In this document: positions 36,282 through 49,077 of the stretch, one piece after another
How positions within the stretch are numbered: position 1 is the first letter of the stretch
How the letters are laid out: each line of letters begins with the position of its first letter
Source of the DNA: Callorhinchus milii
Taxonomy: Eukaryota
NCBI RefSeq assembly: GCF_018977255.1
Contig: NW_024704743.1
Span: 28,212,001 to 28,276,000, forward strand
Reading direction: 5' to 3'
Length of the DNA: 64,000 nucleotides
Notes under the pieces: generated by a model
Databases searched by the model: none
What the model saw: only the letters and a program-made list of their open reading frames with translations
What the model was told of the DNA's origin: nothing
Made by a program: the position numbers and the translations under genes

Positions 36282-37019
36282 TGGCAGGGCATTTGACAGT
36301 AATTCAAAATTTTTCCAACCTGCTGAAATTATAAAAAGAAAGGCACAATTACATCAGTGAGATTTTCATGCATTGAGATTTTTTGAAAATGCAAGGATTA
36401 AGCTAGTTCCAGGCCAGACAGATGTTTGCTGTAGCACCAAGACAAACAATAAAACAGCCATATTAGAAAATAATCAAATTGACAAAAGGAGAGAATGTTT
36501 TTTTGAGGGCACATGGGATCCTGAGAATGCACAAGCGAAAGAAAGAGTTAACTTACAATACCAGCTACAAGACACTGCAGAACAAGATTAAAATCCAGTG
36601 ATGTTTTCATTCTTTTATATTTTTTATACAAGTTGAAATTTATCTCATTGCTAAGCTGTAGGATATAATTGCCATTTATTTAAATGTTGAATATTCAAAA
36701 TATACTTTGTTGGCAGTGGAAGTAATGTCATGTGTTTCATTCAAAACTTTTTATCACAGCGAGCACAATTCTGAGCTTTGATATGATTGAGATTTACAGA
36801 TGGGCAGGTCAGGTTGATGTGACAGTATCAGTTGGTGAACTTGTCAGCAAGTAAAAGTGTAACCACTGCATTTGAATAAAGATATTTTGTATCTAGAGGA
36901 CTTCATTTTAGTCTGCTCTTGAGTGTCATCTATCACCTGTAACATGTATTTATGAAAGCGCTCTGGAACAATATACTGCCAGAACATTCCACCTATCTAT
37001 AGTGCTGAATAAAGGCATA

Positions 37020-38270
37020 TGTGCAGTGAAAGGGGACAAGGGATACTCAGAGAAGTGAGCCAGCTGACCAAAGGTGGTGGAGTGTGGTGTGAGCAGATCA
37101 GAGACGATGGGAGGTGCCAAGGCATGAAGATATTTGAAAGTGAGTGTGATGATCTTGAAATTCATCAGTTCTGTAACAGAGAACCGGTGGAGCCTGGCAA
37201 GAACCAGGGTGATAGTGGTACAGAGCCAGGTATGGGTGAGGACACAGGCAGCGGAGGTTTGTATCATTTAGCCCTTGTTTATATTGGAGCTAGGGAGACT
37301 GGGAATTTGCTTTGGAAAAATCGAGGCAGAAGGTGGCAAAAGCATGAATGAGGGTTTCAGTAAGTAAGTAAGATATGTGTGATGGTGGGTGATGTGGGGC
37401 AGGTGGAGAAAAACAGTCCTGGTCAGGGACCAGATGTGGGGTTAGAAGAGTAATTGGGGATTGAACCAAACTCCAAGGTTGCGTATAGGGTGGGTGAGTC
37501 TGAGGGATAGACAGGGAAGGTTAAGGAGTTCAGAATCACAGGTGAGAAAACATTAACAGGAACCAAGGAGGATGTCTCTGTTTTGTCCATGTTCAACTTC
37601 AGAAAGTTGGTGCTCATCCAGGCCTTGGCATCAGACAATCAGGCAGTCAGAACATCGGTTAGGGTAGCAACCAAAAATAGATTTCGGTGTCATCTCCATT
37701 TCTGGGGAAATTGATCTCATGTCTGCAGATGATATCACCAAGAGGGAGCCTGTAAAGAGAAAAAAGAGGGGCTTAAGAATATAGCCTTGGGGAGCAGAGG
37801 TGGAAGAAGAAACCATTAGGGGAGACAAAATAGTGGCGATTGGTCAAGCGGGACCTTAACCAGGAGAGGACAGCCACTTAGGTGGATAAGGGAGGAGATG
37901 CAGTTGAGGAGGATGTCATGGTTCACTGTGTCAAAACTAGCGGTGAAGTCCAGGAGGGCAATGACGCAGAGAGAGCCCTGGTCACGGAAACACAGCATAT
38001 CATATGAAATCTTGATGAGTGCTGATCAATGCTATTAGCACAACAGAAACCAGACTGGAGGGGTTTGAAAAAGGAATGGAAGGAGAAGAATGCAACACTG
38101 TATTCCAGGACTTTAGAAAGAAGGGCAGGTTTTAGATGGGTCATTAGTTAGTGAGGTTTGATGGATCACAGGTGAGTTTTTTGAGGAGAGGAGTGATGAG
38201 AGGGAGCAGGACTCTGCCGGTGGAGTGAGACAGGTTGACAATGGCTGCTAGTAAAGGGGAGAAGGTCATA
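37020..38270 (-). mobile_element. L2 LINE RT region, heavily decayed
   Basis: LITPLLKKLTCDPS, PLQSGF, LLDFTASFDTVNH, APQGYILKPL, WMSTNFLKLNMDKTE and FKIITLTFKYLH in shifting frames. Confidence 0.9.
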
Positions 38271-38329
38271 TTATCTCTTAACCTCCTCAAGTCTAGGGAA
38301 TATAACACATATTTACTCAATCTCTCATC

Positions 38330-38647
38330 ATTATAATAATAATAATAATCCTTGCATTTGATATAGCGCTTTTCACGTCGGGAGGATGTCCCAAAGCGCT
38401 TCACAGAACACACTGTAAAGTGAATTGACTGTATATTTGTGGGCAAACGCAGCAGCCAATTGCGCACAGCAATGTCCCACAAACAGTCATAAATTGAAAA
38501 TGACCAATTTATTATTGGTTTTGGTTTTGGAGGGATTATTATTAGGCGTGTGGAGTAAGGAAACTTGCCCAAGGTTTTGTCCTGCCTGAAATTGAACTCA
38601 GGTCTCTCGCTTGCAAAGCGAGTGCTCTAACCACTGAGCTACAGGAC
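38330..38647 (-). mobile_element. Young SINE, full length, short subfamily; abuts a CR1 fragment (ERLSKYVLYSLDLRRLRDN, about 38270-38330)
   Basis: Near-identical to the reverse complement of 16246-16566. Confidence 0.93.
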
Positions 38648-38724
38648 CTCCATTAGCCGAGGTCTTCCAATTCAAACACATTTTGGGACTTTGAGGATAT
38701 AATTAATTAAATCAAGATACCTAT

Positions 38725-39152
38725 ACAACAAGAACAACAAAATTACATTTGTATAGCGCCTTTCACATCGGGAGGACATCCCAAGGTGCTGGACAGACAG
38801 AGTTACGAACCCGAGCTGAGGGTCGGTAGGGGAGGGTGGAGGGCAGGGGGGGAAGCAGGGAGATCGAAAACTCGGTCGAAGAGGAGGGTTTTGAGTTGGG
38901 TCTTGAAGGTGGCGAGGGAGGGGGCGAGATGGAGGGACTGCGGGATGCAGTTTCAGTGGGTGGGTGCAGAGCGGCAGAAGGCCCGTCCGGCGATAGTGGG
39001 GCGAGCAAGGCGGGGGATGTGAAGCAGGCTGGAGCCCACTGAGCGGAGGGAGCGAATAGGGTGGTAGGGGGTTAGTAGGTCGGAGAGGTAGGGGGGAGCA
39101 AGACCGTGGAGGGCTTTGAAGTTGAGGACCAGGATCTTGAACTGCATCCTGT
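38725..39152 (-). mobile_element. L2 LINE 3' end, young (CpG-rich)
   Basis: RMQFKILVLNFKALHGLAPPYLSDLL...RSLRS...GRAF plus intact tail. Confidence 0.92.
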
Positions 39153-39329
39153 AAATGGGAAGGATCAAAAAAGATCCAAAGAATCATGATATGCACTCCA
39201 AAGAACACCTTCCACACTACAACAACCTCACAATATACACTTGCACATTGTCTCCTGGTGCTAATCCCTCGGTCCCCTCATAAAATAAAACAAACAATAG
39301 AGGAAACACCCCAAAAAAGACTAATTCTG

Positions 39330-39620
39330 TTGTACAAACAGCCAGAAAGCGAATGATCAATTTTATCTTGGGGAAAGTTGGCCAGGATATCAGCAGAAAC
39401 TCCTTTCTCTTTTCAAATTGCACCATGGGATCTTTAACATCCACCTGAACAAGCAGACAAAATCTAGATTTAACCTAAAAGGTGATACCTCCAACATGCA
39501 GAATACCTCCAGCACTGCAATGGAGTGCCAGACCCTGTGTGAGTTTAACATCTTGACATGGGGATTTAACCCCCAGCCTTCTGAGGCCAAGAGTACGATC
39601 AACTGAGCTGGACTGACACC
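39330..39620 (-). mobile_element. Old Deu-type SINE
   Basis: ccatgggatctttaacatccacctgaac...gcactgcaatggagtgccag...caactgagc. Confidence 0.7.
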
Positions 39621-39869
39621 TAATATTTAAATTAAAAGTTTCTCATTTGTATATATTTATGAATAGTTCTGAGTAATCTTCTGAGCAATAATTGAAAAAT
39701 AAATGCTTCTTCTTGCCTTTCCTCTCAAATTGTGCACACAATATGTTTTAAAGACAAAAGATGTTTCTGTTTATTAATTGGTCTCTATTTCTCAGGTTAT
39801 TTCTCCTCTTCTCTGGAATATGCCCTTTCCCTCGCCCCTTGAGTCACCTACTGTTGCCCTTGGCATTTT

Positions 39870-40240
39870 GTGCCAGTTTGGCTCAGTTAGAAGCACTCTG
39901 GTATCTGGGTCAGTAGGTTGTGGATTCAAGTCCTGCATCAGGAATATTTAGTTCATTGTCTACTGACTCTGCAGTGTAACATTTGGGAATCAATGATCCC
40001 ATTGCCTGTTCAGGTAAACATTAAAGAATCATGATACTTTCCAAAATAAGTGGGGAGTTTCTGGTGATGTTTGGCCAAGAATCATCCAGTTACATTATTC
40101 ATTTCCCACTTGGCTGTTTGAGATATTGCTATTTGGAAATTCGCTGCCAGGTTCACCTAAAAATGAACAGTCACTACATTTTACTGTAACTGCTGTGAAG
40201 TGCTTTGAGTAATAAGTCACTTTATCAAATATGAAGAGTT
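39870..40240 (+). mobile_element. Old Deu-type SINE
   Basis: Head gtttggctcagttagaagcactc...ggattcaagtcc, core ggctgtttgagatattgct, tail gtgaagtgctttgag. Confidence 0.7.
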
Positions 40241-41332
40241 ATTAGTATATAGAATTGATGGTGGTGGTCAAAAAGTTGAATAACTAAGTGGATCCACATG
40301 AGTCAAAACAATCGATCAGAGAGTGGAATAATACAGGGTTGAGTTTCACTGACCCAAAATTTATTTTGAAATTCTGTACCAGAATGAAGCACGTGATGTT
40401 TAGGTAAATGATGCTCGGATTCTAACATGTGCACAATGAATGTTCAGGTCATAAAACACATACTGAAAACAACTCATTTTAGGACGTATCTTCCAAACAA
40501 TAAAATAACTGTATCTCGCAGCCATCAATATTGTCATCCAAACCCACTATTTGTCGATCTTTGATTTTTTGCTGTTTTTTTTCTAAATGAAGTTGACCTT
40601 AAGTTTTCATTTTATAAGCAATTAATCGGGATCTCTATATGCCGGTTTGGCTACTTCCTCAGAGTTAGCTGCACTTGATTAGGCTCTAAAGCCCTTACAA
40701 GCTTGTTTGAAACCAATTTGCTTTAGTTTATTGAATGTTCATGGTAAATTATTAACCTTTCTTTAACAGAAGCCACCGCACCATTTAATACATATAAACA
40801 CTTGCCACTTGCACAAGCAGCCAACAGAACTGNTTTTTTAAAACATAATTTCAAGTGAATTGAGTTTTAATGGTACGATAGATACATCTGGAACAGAATA
40901 ATGACCCTTGATTGCAAAATCCCTCAGAGGGAATCATGTAAAGAGATCTGAATCTTTCCAATTTTCGCTAATCGTCCTGCATCCTAGACAAATTGCTTTT
41001 GCCCCCAGATGAAAATAACTTGCATATTCCTTGCATTTATATTGTTATTATTAATAATTATTGTTATTATTTATATTACACTTTGTCCACTGTTGGCACC
41101 ATCTTGAATATAACCTCTTGGTGTGTGGTGTTCCTGGTGTTTTGGTTTATTTACAGGCACCAGTTACTCAGAGTTTAGGGTTATTAAGAATTCATACAAA
41201 GTCAGACGTGTTTTCAACAATCACTCAGGAGCCTGGACCAAACCGGCCCTTATGTAAGAGTGGCCTCTGAGGCAGGGTTTATTGGGTTGTTGCCAGGCCT
41301 GAAAATTTTGAAAAACATTTCTGCGGGCCAAA

Positions 41333-41498
41333 AATTTCCATGAGCCTGTGTGCAGACTCCCACGGGACTCCTAGTGTGTTTACCAATGACACCTCACCAG
41401 TGAGGCAGGAAGCTGTAGGCATCATGCGGGCTACCAGCACAGCATAGATAAATGTGCTTGGAGTCTAGCAGGAGTCTACACTCAGGCCTGTGGAAATT
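41333..41498. repeat. Foldback (inverted) repeat, MITE-like
   Basis: aatttccatgagcctgtgtgcagactcc... (41333) versus ...ggagtctacactcaggcctgtggaaatt (41498). Confidence 0.75.
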
Positions 41499-41784
41499 GG
41501 TAATGCATTACCAGTAAATGCACTTAAATTCATTTAGAACTGGCCACTGGAAAGGGTGCCTGAACAATGACAGGGCTTATAAAAAAGAGTGGCCACTAGT
41601 TGCGTTATGGAGGTGATTTATAATGGAAAATCAGTCGAGACTGTTCCAGGGTGGTTGTTAAAAGCAGGTGGTTGTTGAACAGAGGTGGTGCTTTAAAGGT
41701 TTGCCTGTAATTGTGGTTATTTTAGCTTATTGTATTCAGCTTATCTAAAAAGCGCTTTGAGATATTTAACTATATGAAAGATTA

Positions 41785-42060
41785 TGAAAGGTTTTGATCG
41801 GGTGGAGTTTTCCACTTGTTGATGCGTGCAAAATGAGGGAACATAAATATAAGATAGCTAGTAGCAGATCTAAAAGGGAAATGGAGTTCAGTTTTAGGAG
41901 GAACTTCTTTACTCAGAAGGTGGTGAGAACTCACTACTGGAAGCTTCAGTGTATTTAAGATGAAACTTGATGCATATATAATAGAGGCTCATGTGGAGTA
42001 TAAATACCAGCGAGGATTAGGTGGGCCAAATGGCCCATTTCCATATCATATTATTCTTTA
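41785..42060 (+). mobile_element. CR1 LINE 3' end
   Basis: KGFDRV...RRNFFTQKVVR-like coding remnant and tail gaggctcatgtggag...gggccaaatggcc. Confidence 0.8.
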
Positions 42061-42109
42061 TAGAGTAAGTTACTGTTGTTGAACAGTCAAACATTAGTAA
42101 CAAAAAAAA

Positions 42110-42285
42110 ATTGGTCACTTCAATCTGTTTGTGGGACACTGCTGTGTGCAATTGGTTGCCACGTTTTGCTCCCAAGATACACAGTCAATTCACTTTACAG
42201 TATATTCTGTGAAGCGCTTGAGACGTCTCGAAGACATGATAAGGCGCTATATGAACTGCAAGGTTTATTATTAGTAGTAGTCGTA
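42110..42285 (+). mobile_element. SINE 3' half
   Basis: Same body and tail as the young SINE. Confidence 0.85.
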
Positions 42286-42975
42286 TGAACTACAATGAAT
42301 TAGCAATGAATGAACAAATGTAATAGAGACATCAATTAAATTCATTAAAGAAATGTAGTTGCTATTCTTGCTTTATTATCCGCGCCCCCACCCTCCCACC
42401 CCTTCATACTGGATAACTCTGTAGCAGCACTCCCTCAGTGACAGCAAAACTATTGGAAGGATGCCATATTTTGCTGCAGTGTAATGATTTTTGCATTTTA
42501 TCCAGTACATTAAATAGACGCTGCTAAAATATCCCTGATCTGCCAAAAGAAGAAATAATTTTAATTATTTCTGAAATGCAATAATACAAATAACCGTTAT
42601 TCACAGCAAAAGACAAACATATAAAGTTAATTTTCTAAAGGAAGAACTTGTGTTTGAACGCTATTGTTATCTATTCTCATGAATTTCCCTGGGACCGGAT
42701 AACTACCTTCACATAATGCTCCTTTTATGTTACGTACTATTGATTAACACAACAAATGTCATCAAAAGGCAACTCGATATTGATTTATCGATCTCCCGGT
42801 ATAATTAGTAACATGATACCATCCGAAAGTAGTAGTGGTACTGCAGATAGAGGCAGTTTCGCAGCAGACATGTCTGTTTGTCAAAGCCTCTCACATGAGG
42901 ACCTGGATTACGCAGTTGGTCCTGAATAAACAACAACAAATTACTATGATATAGTGCCTTTCACATCAGGAAGGT

Positions 42976-43540
42976 GTCCTTGGAACTGAACTGGCTGCAA
43001 GATGACATGTTTGGTAACAGAATGTCAGAATCAAGCCAGCCTTCTTGTGACTATCTCAGTAGGTTAGTTCCTGAGCTGGGCAGGTCCACAGTATTCCAGG
43101 ACACTGCTAACAACACAGCAGTTGGATCATCAGCAGGACTTGGAAGGACAGACAAGTCAATGGGGGCAGGAACTCTTCCCACTTAGCTCCCGTTAACCCT
43201 GCAAGCCAAAGCCCTAATGGGTAGGCTGGTCTTAGCTGGACAAGCATCAGGAAAGCCTGCCAAGCAGTGTTGTTAGTGGCAAGCTATGCGGTTTTAGTTG
43301 GTTAGACTGCAATGCACACTCTGGAGTCTCCAAGCCTTGGTTTTTCGCAACCTTTAACTAATGCTTCTTGGAGTTAGGTAAGCAGGATACATCCCTCCAG
43401 GGAGAAAGTGCCTATTTCATTCCCATAAATATCTTTGGAAGTTCCATGTGTAGGTGGGATACATGGAATTCTCAGTTTGGTTTGGATACTCTTAAGCATG
43501 GTGATGGGTTTCCACATGTGTTAGACATCTGGCTGATCAG
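42976..43540 (+). repeat. Unclassified ~600-bp repeat, copy 3
   Basis: Begins tccttggaactgaactggct as copy 1 does; collinear to the end. Confidence 0.85.
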
Positions 43541-43677
43541 AATTTATTTTATTAATTTGCTTAAGATTCAATTACTTAGTGGTCCATTGACAAATCAGAT
43601 AGGGCTATTTCAGCAATAATTGATCATGTATGAACTGTGGCTAAATTGTTTGGAGGAAGCAAAAGGATAACTGATGT

Positions 43678-43763
43678 TTTTTGGGGGTCAGCTGGGTGTC
43701 TGACACATGGGGAAACCCATCAACATGCTTAAGAGTATCCAAACCAAACTGAGATTTCCATGC
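43678..43763 (-). repeat. Unclassified repeat terminal fragment, inverted to copy 3
   Basis: ggggtcagctgggtgtctgacacatggggaaacccatcaacatgcttaagagtatccaaaccaaactgagatttccatg. Confidence 0.88.
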
Positions 43764-43784
43764 AGTTACGAAATCTATGCAGTT

Positions 43785-44050
43785 AGGGGAGAGAGAGTGT
43801 GAGAGGGGACAGAGAGAATGTGTAGCAGAGAGTGTGTGAGAGGGGGAGTGTGAGAAAGTGATTGAGAAAGAGAGAGAGAGAGTGTGTGTGAGAGAGAGGG
43901 AGAGAGTATGTGAGAGAGGGAGAGTGTATGCAAGAGAGTGCATGAGAGTGTGAGAGAAATAAGGCGACAGAGTGATTGAGAGAGGGGGAGAAAAATAAAT
44001 AAAGAGAGCTAGAGAGAACAGAGAGAGAGAGAGAGAGAGAAGAGAGAAGT
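43785..44050. repeat. (GA)n/(GT)n compound low-complexity tract
   Basis: Seen directly. Confidence 0.95.
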
Positions 44051-44600
44051 GAGGACAGCATTTAATGGTTCACTGTCAGGACAGATGATAGGAGACTCCC
44101 TCAGGGTGGGGGAACGAGGACAGCCACTGAGCTACATGCTATGCAGTTTCCTCAAAGTACATTGTAGAGCTATCTCACAGCACTAGCTCTCTGACCGCAC
44201 TTTCGATCATCTTGAACCTCCCTCGGTTCCCACCCCCAGTTCAGGTGCCAGCCGGCAGCATCAAGCTTCTTGAGATGTCCTTCCAACGTAAAAAAGCTGT
44301 TGTGTAAATTTTATGTTATGTTTCGGGAAGGGAAAAATATTGCCTATGAAGTCCGCAGACATTTCTCAAATAGCAAAACATTAGATTCCCTCTGAAACGA
44401 TTGACCAATGCTTAGCAGTTACCAAGGGACAGACCACACAGGTTATGGTGCAGTTTAGCTTGTTTGCTGCAATTGTAAATTTGTACACTGCCTGTGTTTT
44501 TAGCACTTGACTTATTCTCATATGAAAATGAGCATCAATGTTATGAAATATACATTGCTCACTTTGTTCACTAAAATAACCTTTTCCTTTTTTTTGGCAG

Positions 44601-44741
44601 GTGCTTTCATGATCCCGTTTCTTATCTTGCTGGTGCTTGAAGGTGTCCCACTACTGCATATAGAGTTTGCTATTGGGCAACGCCTGAGGAAGGGTAGTGT
44701 GGGGGTATGGAGTACCGTTCATCCTTACCTGAAAGGGGTGG
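44601..44741 (+). CDS. SLC6A19: SLC6A19 exon 2
   Basis: Acceptor tttttggcag; [46 protein letters not shown]; donor gtaagt; 141 nt. Confidence 0.97.
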
Positions 44742-45264
44742 GTAAGTTATTGTCATTTGTTACAAATTAAGCATAATGATCCCGGATATTAGCCTGGCTT
44801 TTCCTGGAATCAGTGCTATTCTCTCCTCTAATTTCAGTGGATTTATTTTGGTCATTTTTTTTGTATAACTCACTTCACTTTACAATATGTTCTGTGAACC
44901 ACTTTGGGACAACCTCTTGACGTGAAAGGCACTATACCAAATGCAAGGATTATTATTATTATTATTACAGTATTACTATAAATGGAACGGTGTGCTGACT
45001 CCTCTCCAAAATTTAATTGGCCTGGGAATCATTTAAAAGAAGCTTTTAACTCATTTAATATATATGTACTGTATTTATAACAATAATATTTTTAAAATAA
45101 GAAATCTAGAAGTCTGTGATAGTGGCTCACGTGATCTTTACGCCAACTCAATGTAATTTTGGAGAAGTTATCCGAGTTGAGTCTGCGATAGTCTGCATAC
45201 CATGCATGATGCAGTTTCAATCTCCACTTGGATATCTTTATTTACATAAACACTTGAAATAAAG

Positions 45265-45644
45265 TAATAATAATAATAATATTCCTTGCATTTGATATAG
45301 CGCCTTATCACAGCTTCAAGACATCTCAAAGCGCTTCACAGATTATACTGTAAAGTGAATTGACTGTATATTTTGTGGGTGAAAACACAGGAGCCAATTG
45401 CGCACAGCAGCTTCCCAAAATCAGTCATGGATTGAACGATCAAATTATTTTTATTATTAAAGGAATTATTACCCCTGGAAAAGCAATCCGCTAATCTACT
45501 AACAATGGGGTTCCTACTTACTGCTAGGTAAACAGAGGCATGTGGAGCAAGGAAACTTGCCCAACATTTTTCCCTGCCCGGAAATCGAATCCAGATCATC
45601 CCGCTTGTGAGGCTAGTGCTCTAACCACTGAGTTCCAGGACTCC
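45265..45644 (-). mobile_element. Young SINE, full length, long subfamily
   Basis: Reverse complement carrying the internal long segment. Confidence 0.92.
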
Positions 45645-45645
45645 A

Positions 45646-45727
45646 TGAAACAGAAGTCGCTGAGAACACGCAGCAGGTCAGGCATCATCTATGGAGAGAG
45701 GGGAAAGTGATTTAACGTTTCAGGTCT
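45646..45727 (-). mobile_element. Penelope-like terminal repeat fragment
   Basis: Reverse strand gacctgaaacgttaaatcactttccc...tgcctgacctgctgcgtgttctcagcgacttctg; homologous to 57143-57222. Confidence 0.7.
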
Positions 45728-45877
45728 GAGAAAAACAATGCCAAAAAATGCCGGTAATTGTAATTACACTTAGCTGGTCATTCCGGTTTGCCAGAAAGGG
45801 CCCCCCATTAGACCAGCTAGCCAGGGTTTTTGTGTATGCTCTGCCTGATTAAGTTTTATTGTCTCTTGTTTCTTTAG

Positions 45878-46015
45878 GTATCGCATCAATGATGATTTCC
45901 TTCCTGGTCGGTTTATATTACAACGCTATCATTGCCTTGGTTATGTGGTATTTCTTTAATTCATTTCAAGAACCTCTGCCCTGGAGCTCCTGTCCGCTGA
46001 ATGAAAACCACACAG
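45878..46015 (+). CDS. SLC6A19: SLC6A19 exon 3
   Basis: [49 protein letters not shown] boundaries; 138 nt. Confidence 0.97.
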
Positions 46016-47316
46016 GTATTGGCTTGCTTTGTGTTTTGCTGAAATCTTGCTGTTCCTTCCAAGTGCAGTGGTATAGCCATAGAGATCAGTCAAAATAATC
46101 GCTGTTGGAACTGTGAGAAGGAGACACAAACTTTTAGTTTGAAAAGGATTGTCTTCAAAGATTGCTTTTGATAAATAACATGGATTTTGCTAGCAGAATA
46201 GTGATGCCACATCATACTTGTGCATTGTCCATGCACTAATGTAGGTCATTGGTCAATATAATTATTTCTATTTGAGACATCAGAACAAGATAAATATTAA
46301 AAAATCTATTTTCTGTATGGCTCATAAATTAGCAACTTAATCTATAGGTTGATGCTGTATTTGTCTTATATTCAATATTCAAATCCTCCTGTCTGAGAGG
46401 CATTGATGTAAAATTCAATAGTATCCCTCCAGTACTTTAGTCAAGTGGCCATTATTCACATGAGAGCTAAGACATTTGAATATCCGTAGACTACTTAACC
46501 ATGGGTGTACCTCAACTAAGCCTAATACTGTCCTCACCCAACGTGCATACATGCAGACCTTCTGAAAGATGTCTTTGAAACTGCTGGAAGTGAAGCAGTA
46601 CTGACATACAAATAAGCAATCTGTATTACTATCTATCTGCTCCTGATACCTCTCACTGGGGACTGAGGAGGTCTATTCAAATGTACACTAAAGACAACCC
46701 AAGTATTTGAAACTTCTCCAGTTAGTCTTAAAATCAATACTTCAAAACTGATATTATATTGCTCTTTGAGCTTTGTCTAAACATGGAAATATCAAATCAA
46801 TTCTGAACATTCAATATAAACAGCAAAATTGTGTTATACCCCGACCAATGTATAAAGTGGACAGACCTCTATTTCGCACCACAAATGTCACTGACTTCAA
46901 ATACAGAAACCATCACTTTTCCTTCCTCACCTGCATATTCACTGTATTGCCACTTTACAAATCACAAGTCCCTTGTGTTGTTAAGAAAATGCTGGCTTAT
47001 GCAACAACAACAACAATGTGCATCATCGAGTACCCTTCATGTTGGACAGTATCTCGGAACGTTGCGCAGTGGTGTGGTTGGTCACCAAATGAGGGAGAAG
47101 GGGGAGGTGGCTGTAGGCTCAGTTGAAGAGGTAAATAGGATGTTTCCGTTGTCCTGGAAGATCAGGAGCACAAGATTGACAGTGAAGTTCCCATCACAAG
47201 AATCTATGTGCTATCTACTTATACACATTAAAATCAGGCCACAGAATTTTCATTCATTACAATATTCACATCTCAAGATTAATATCCTTATCTCTGTCAT
47301 CTACTTTTTTTAACAG

Positions 47317-47498
47317 GATATGTGGATGAGTGTGCCAGGAGCACCTCAGTGGATTATTTTTGGTACAGAGAAACCTTGAACATTTCCAATGGTATTGATA
47401 AATCAGGTACTATCCAGTGGTGGCTGCTACTTTGCCTTATATGTGCTTGGTCTGTGCTGTATGTGTGCACAATCAGAGGAATTGAAACAACTGGCAAG
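47317..47498 (+). CDS. SLC6A19: SLC6A19 exon 4
   Basis: [23 protein letters not shown]...[11 protein letters not shown]; 182 nt. Confidence 0.97.
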
Positions 47499-48304
47499 GT
47501 AATGTACCATCTCCTGCTTACAAATAAAAGAGTTTCACATTTTTTAATAATCCAAAGGCTCATCAAATGTACCAAGTCTCACAATAATAATAATCCTTGC
47601 ATTTGATATAGCGCCTTATCACGTCTTCGAGACTTCTCAAAGCGCTTCATAGAATGTTCTGTAAAGTGAACTGACTCTTTATTTTGTGGGTACTGGTACT
47701 TGGGTAATTTAATACTGGTGCTTAGGCAATTTAAAGGGACATTGTTGTCACTGAAAAGTGTTCGGTGAACTGCTTTGTAATTATTTTCCAACTACATACT
47801 GTAGTGCCTTAATTTGCATTATATTCAAATGTAACTTCTGCTCTCCTTTAACCAAATGTATCACCTGCCTTTGTTGTCATAGAAGCAAAACATTTCAGTC
47901 AGTCTTGCTCTCCCAGCAAGAGAACCGGTCTCCCTTTAAAATAGAGTTTTCATTTACAATAGTTTTGAAACATCTATCCTCCCATAAACAGTATTGTTAA
48001 TTTTATGACGTTTTGGTTCAATATTTTTGGTCCACCCTCAAGGTCACTGCGGTGTTTGTTATTGCACCCAAGCGCTCTGTGGGATGGGTACCATGGTGAG
48101 CACAATAATAATACCCATTCACAAAGCACTGCCCCAAAATGTGCATCGAGTGAGGTTGTGGTGTCAAGCTACGCAGGGGCTGCTCTCTGGGCTTTGGCAT
48201 GAGGGAGCATAATGTGATGGGGAGTGGTTCTAGGGCAGCGGCAGATTTCTTTGCCTGCTGATTTATTTCATTTCAGTTGGATTTGTATTTAGACAATTAA
48301 AGTA

Positions 48305-48835
48305 CTAGAACCATAGCAATATACAGAAAAGAAAAAGGCCATTCAGCCCATTGCATGTGTGCCAGTTTTCTTTAAGAGCAATCATTTTGATCCCATTTAG
48401 GTGCCCTATCCCTATATATATCCCTGTAGTTTATTCCCTTTTAGATATTTATCAATTCCCTTTTGAAAGCCAATATGGATTCTGCCTTGACCACAGCTCC
48501 TGGCAAGGCATTCCATATCCTACCTGCGTGAAAATAAATTCTCCTAAGCTCCCCTTTGCTCATTTGCTAACTATCTTAAATTGATGCCCTCATGAACCAG
48601 TGGAAATAATTTCTCCCTATTCACTCTGTCGAAACCCCTTATAAATTTAAAGACATTTATCAGGTCTCAAATTCTTTGTTCCATTGGAAAAAAGTTTCAG
48701 TTTCTCCAGTCTCTGCTCAAAGGCTAAACCATTCATCCCTGGTTTCATCCTAGTATATCTCCTCTGCAACCCCTCTATTGCTTTGAAATATTTTCTAAAA
48801 TGGGGTGACCAATACCGGACACAATATTCTAACTG
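48305..48835 (-). mobile_element. CR1 LINE 3' end
   Basis: agaaccatag...aggccattcagccc tail; ggggtgaccaataccggacacaatattcta reads LEYCVRYWSP on the reverse strand. Confidence 0.8.
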
Positions 48836-48966
48836 CAGTGGAATATTTTGGATAAGTTTAGCATAAATTGTACCATCAAATAGAGGTACATCAACATGTA
48901 ACTCTTAGCTATAAAACTTATTTGGTTCAATTGTTTAATAGATTTAATCTCTCCTCTTTCCTAAAG

Positions 48967-49077
48967 GCTGTATATATCACCTCTACTCTCCCTTATCTTG
49001 TACTCACAATCTTCCTGATTCGAGGCCTGACGTTAAAAGGATCAGTCGATGGAATTATATTTCTCTTTACACCAGAT
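48967..49077 (+). CDS. SLC6A19: SLC6A19 exon 5
   Basis: [37 protein letters not shown]; donor gtaagt; 111 nt. Confidence 0.97.

Noticed and set aside
41635..41708. Tigger/pogo-like element end (aggtttgcctgta) paired with tacaggca at 41152
   Set aside because: Only an 8-bp match on the left with no subterminal repeats; a complete element cannot be supported.
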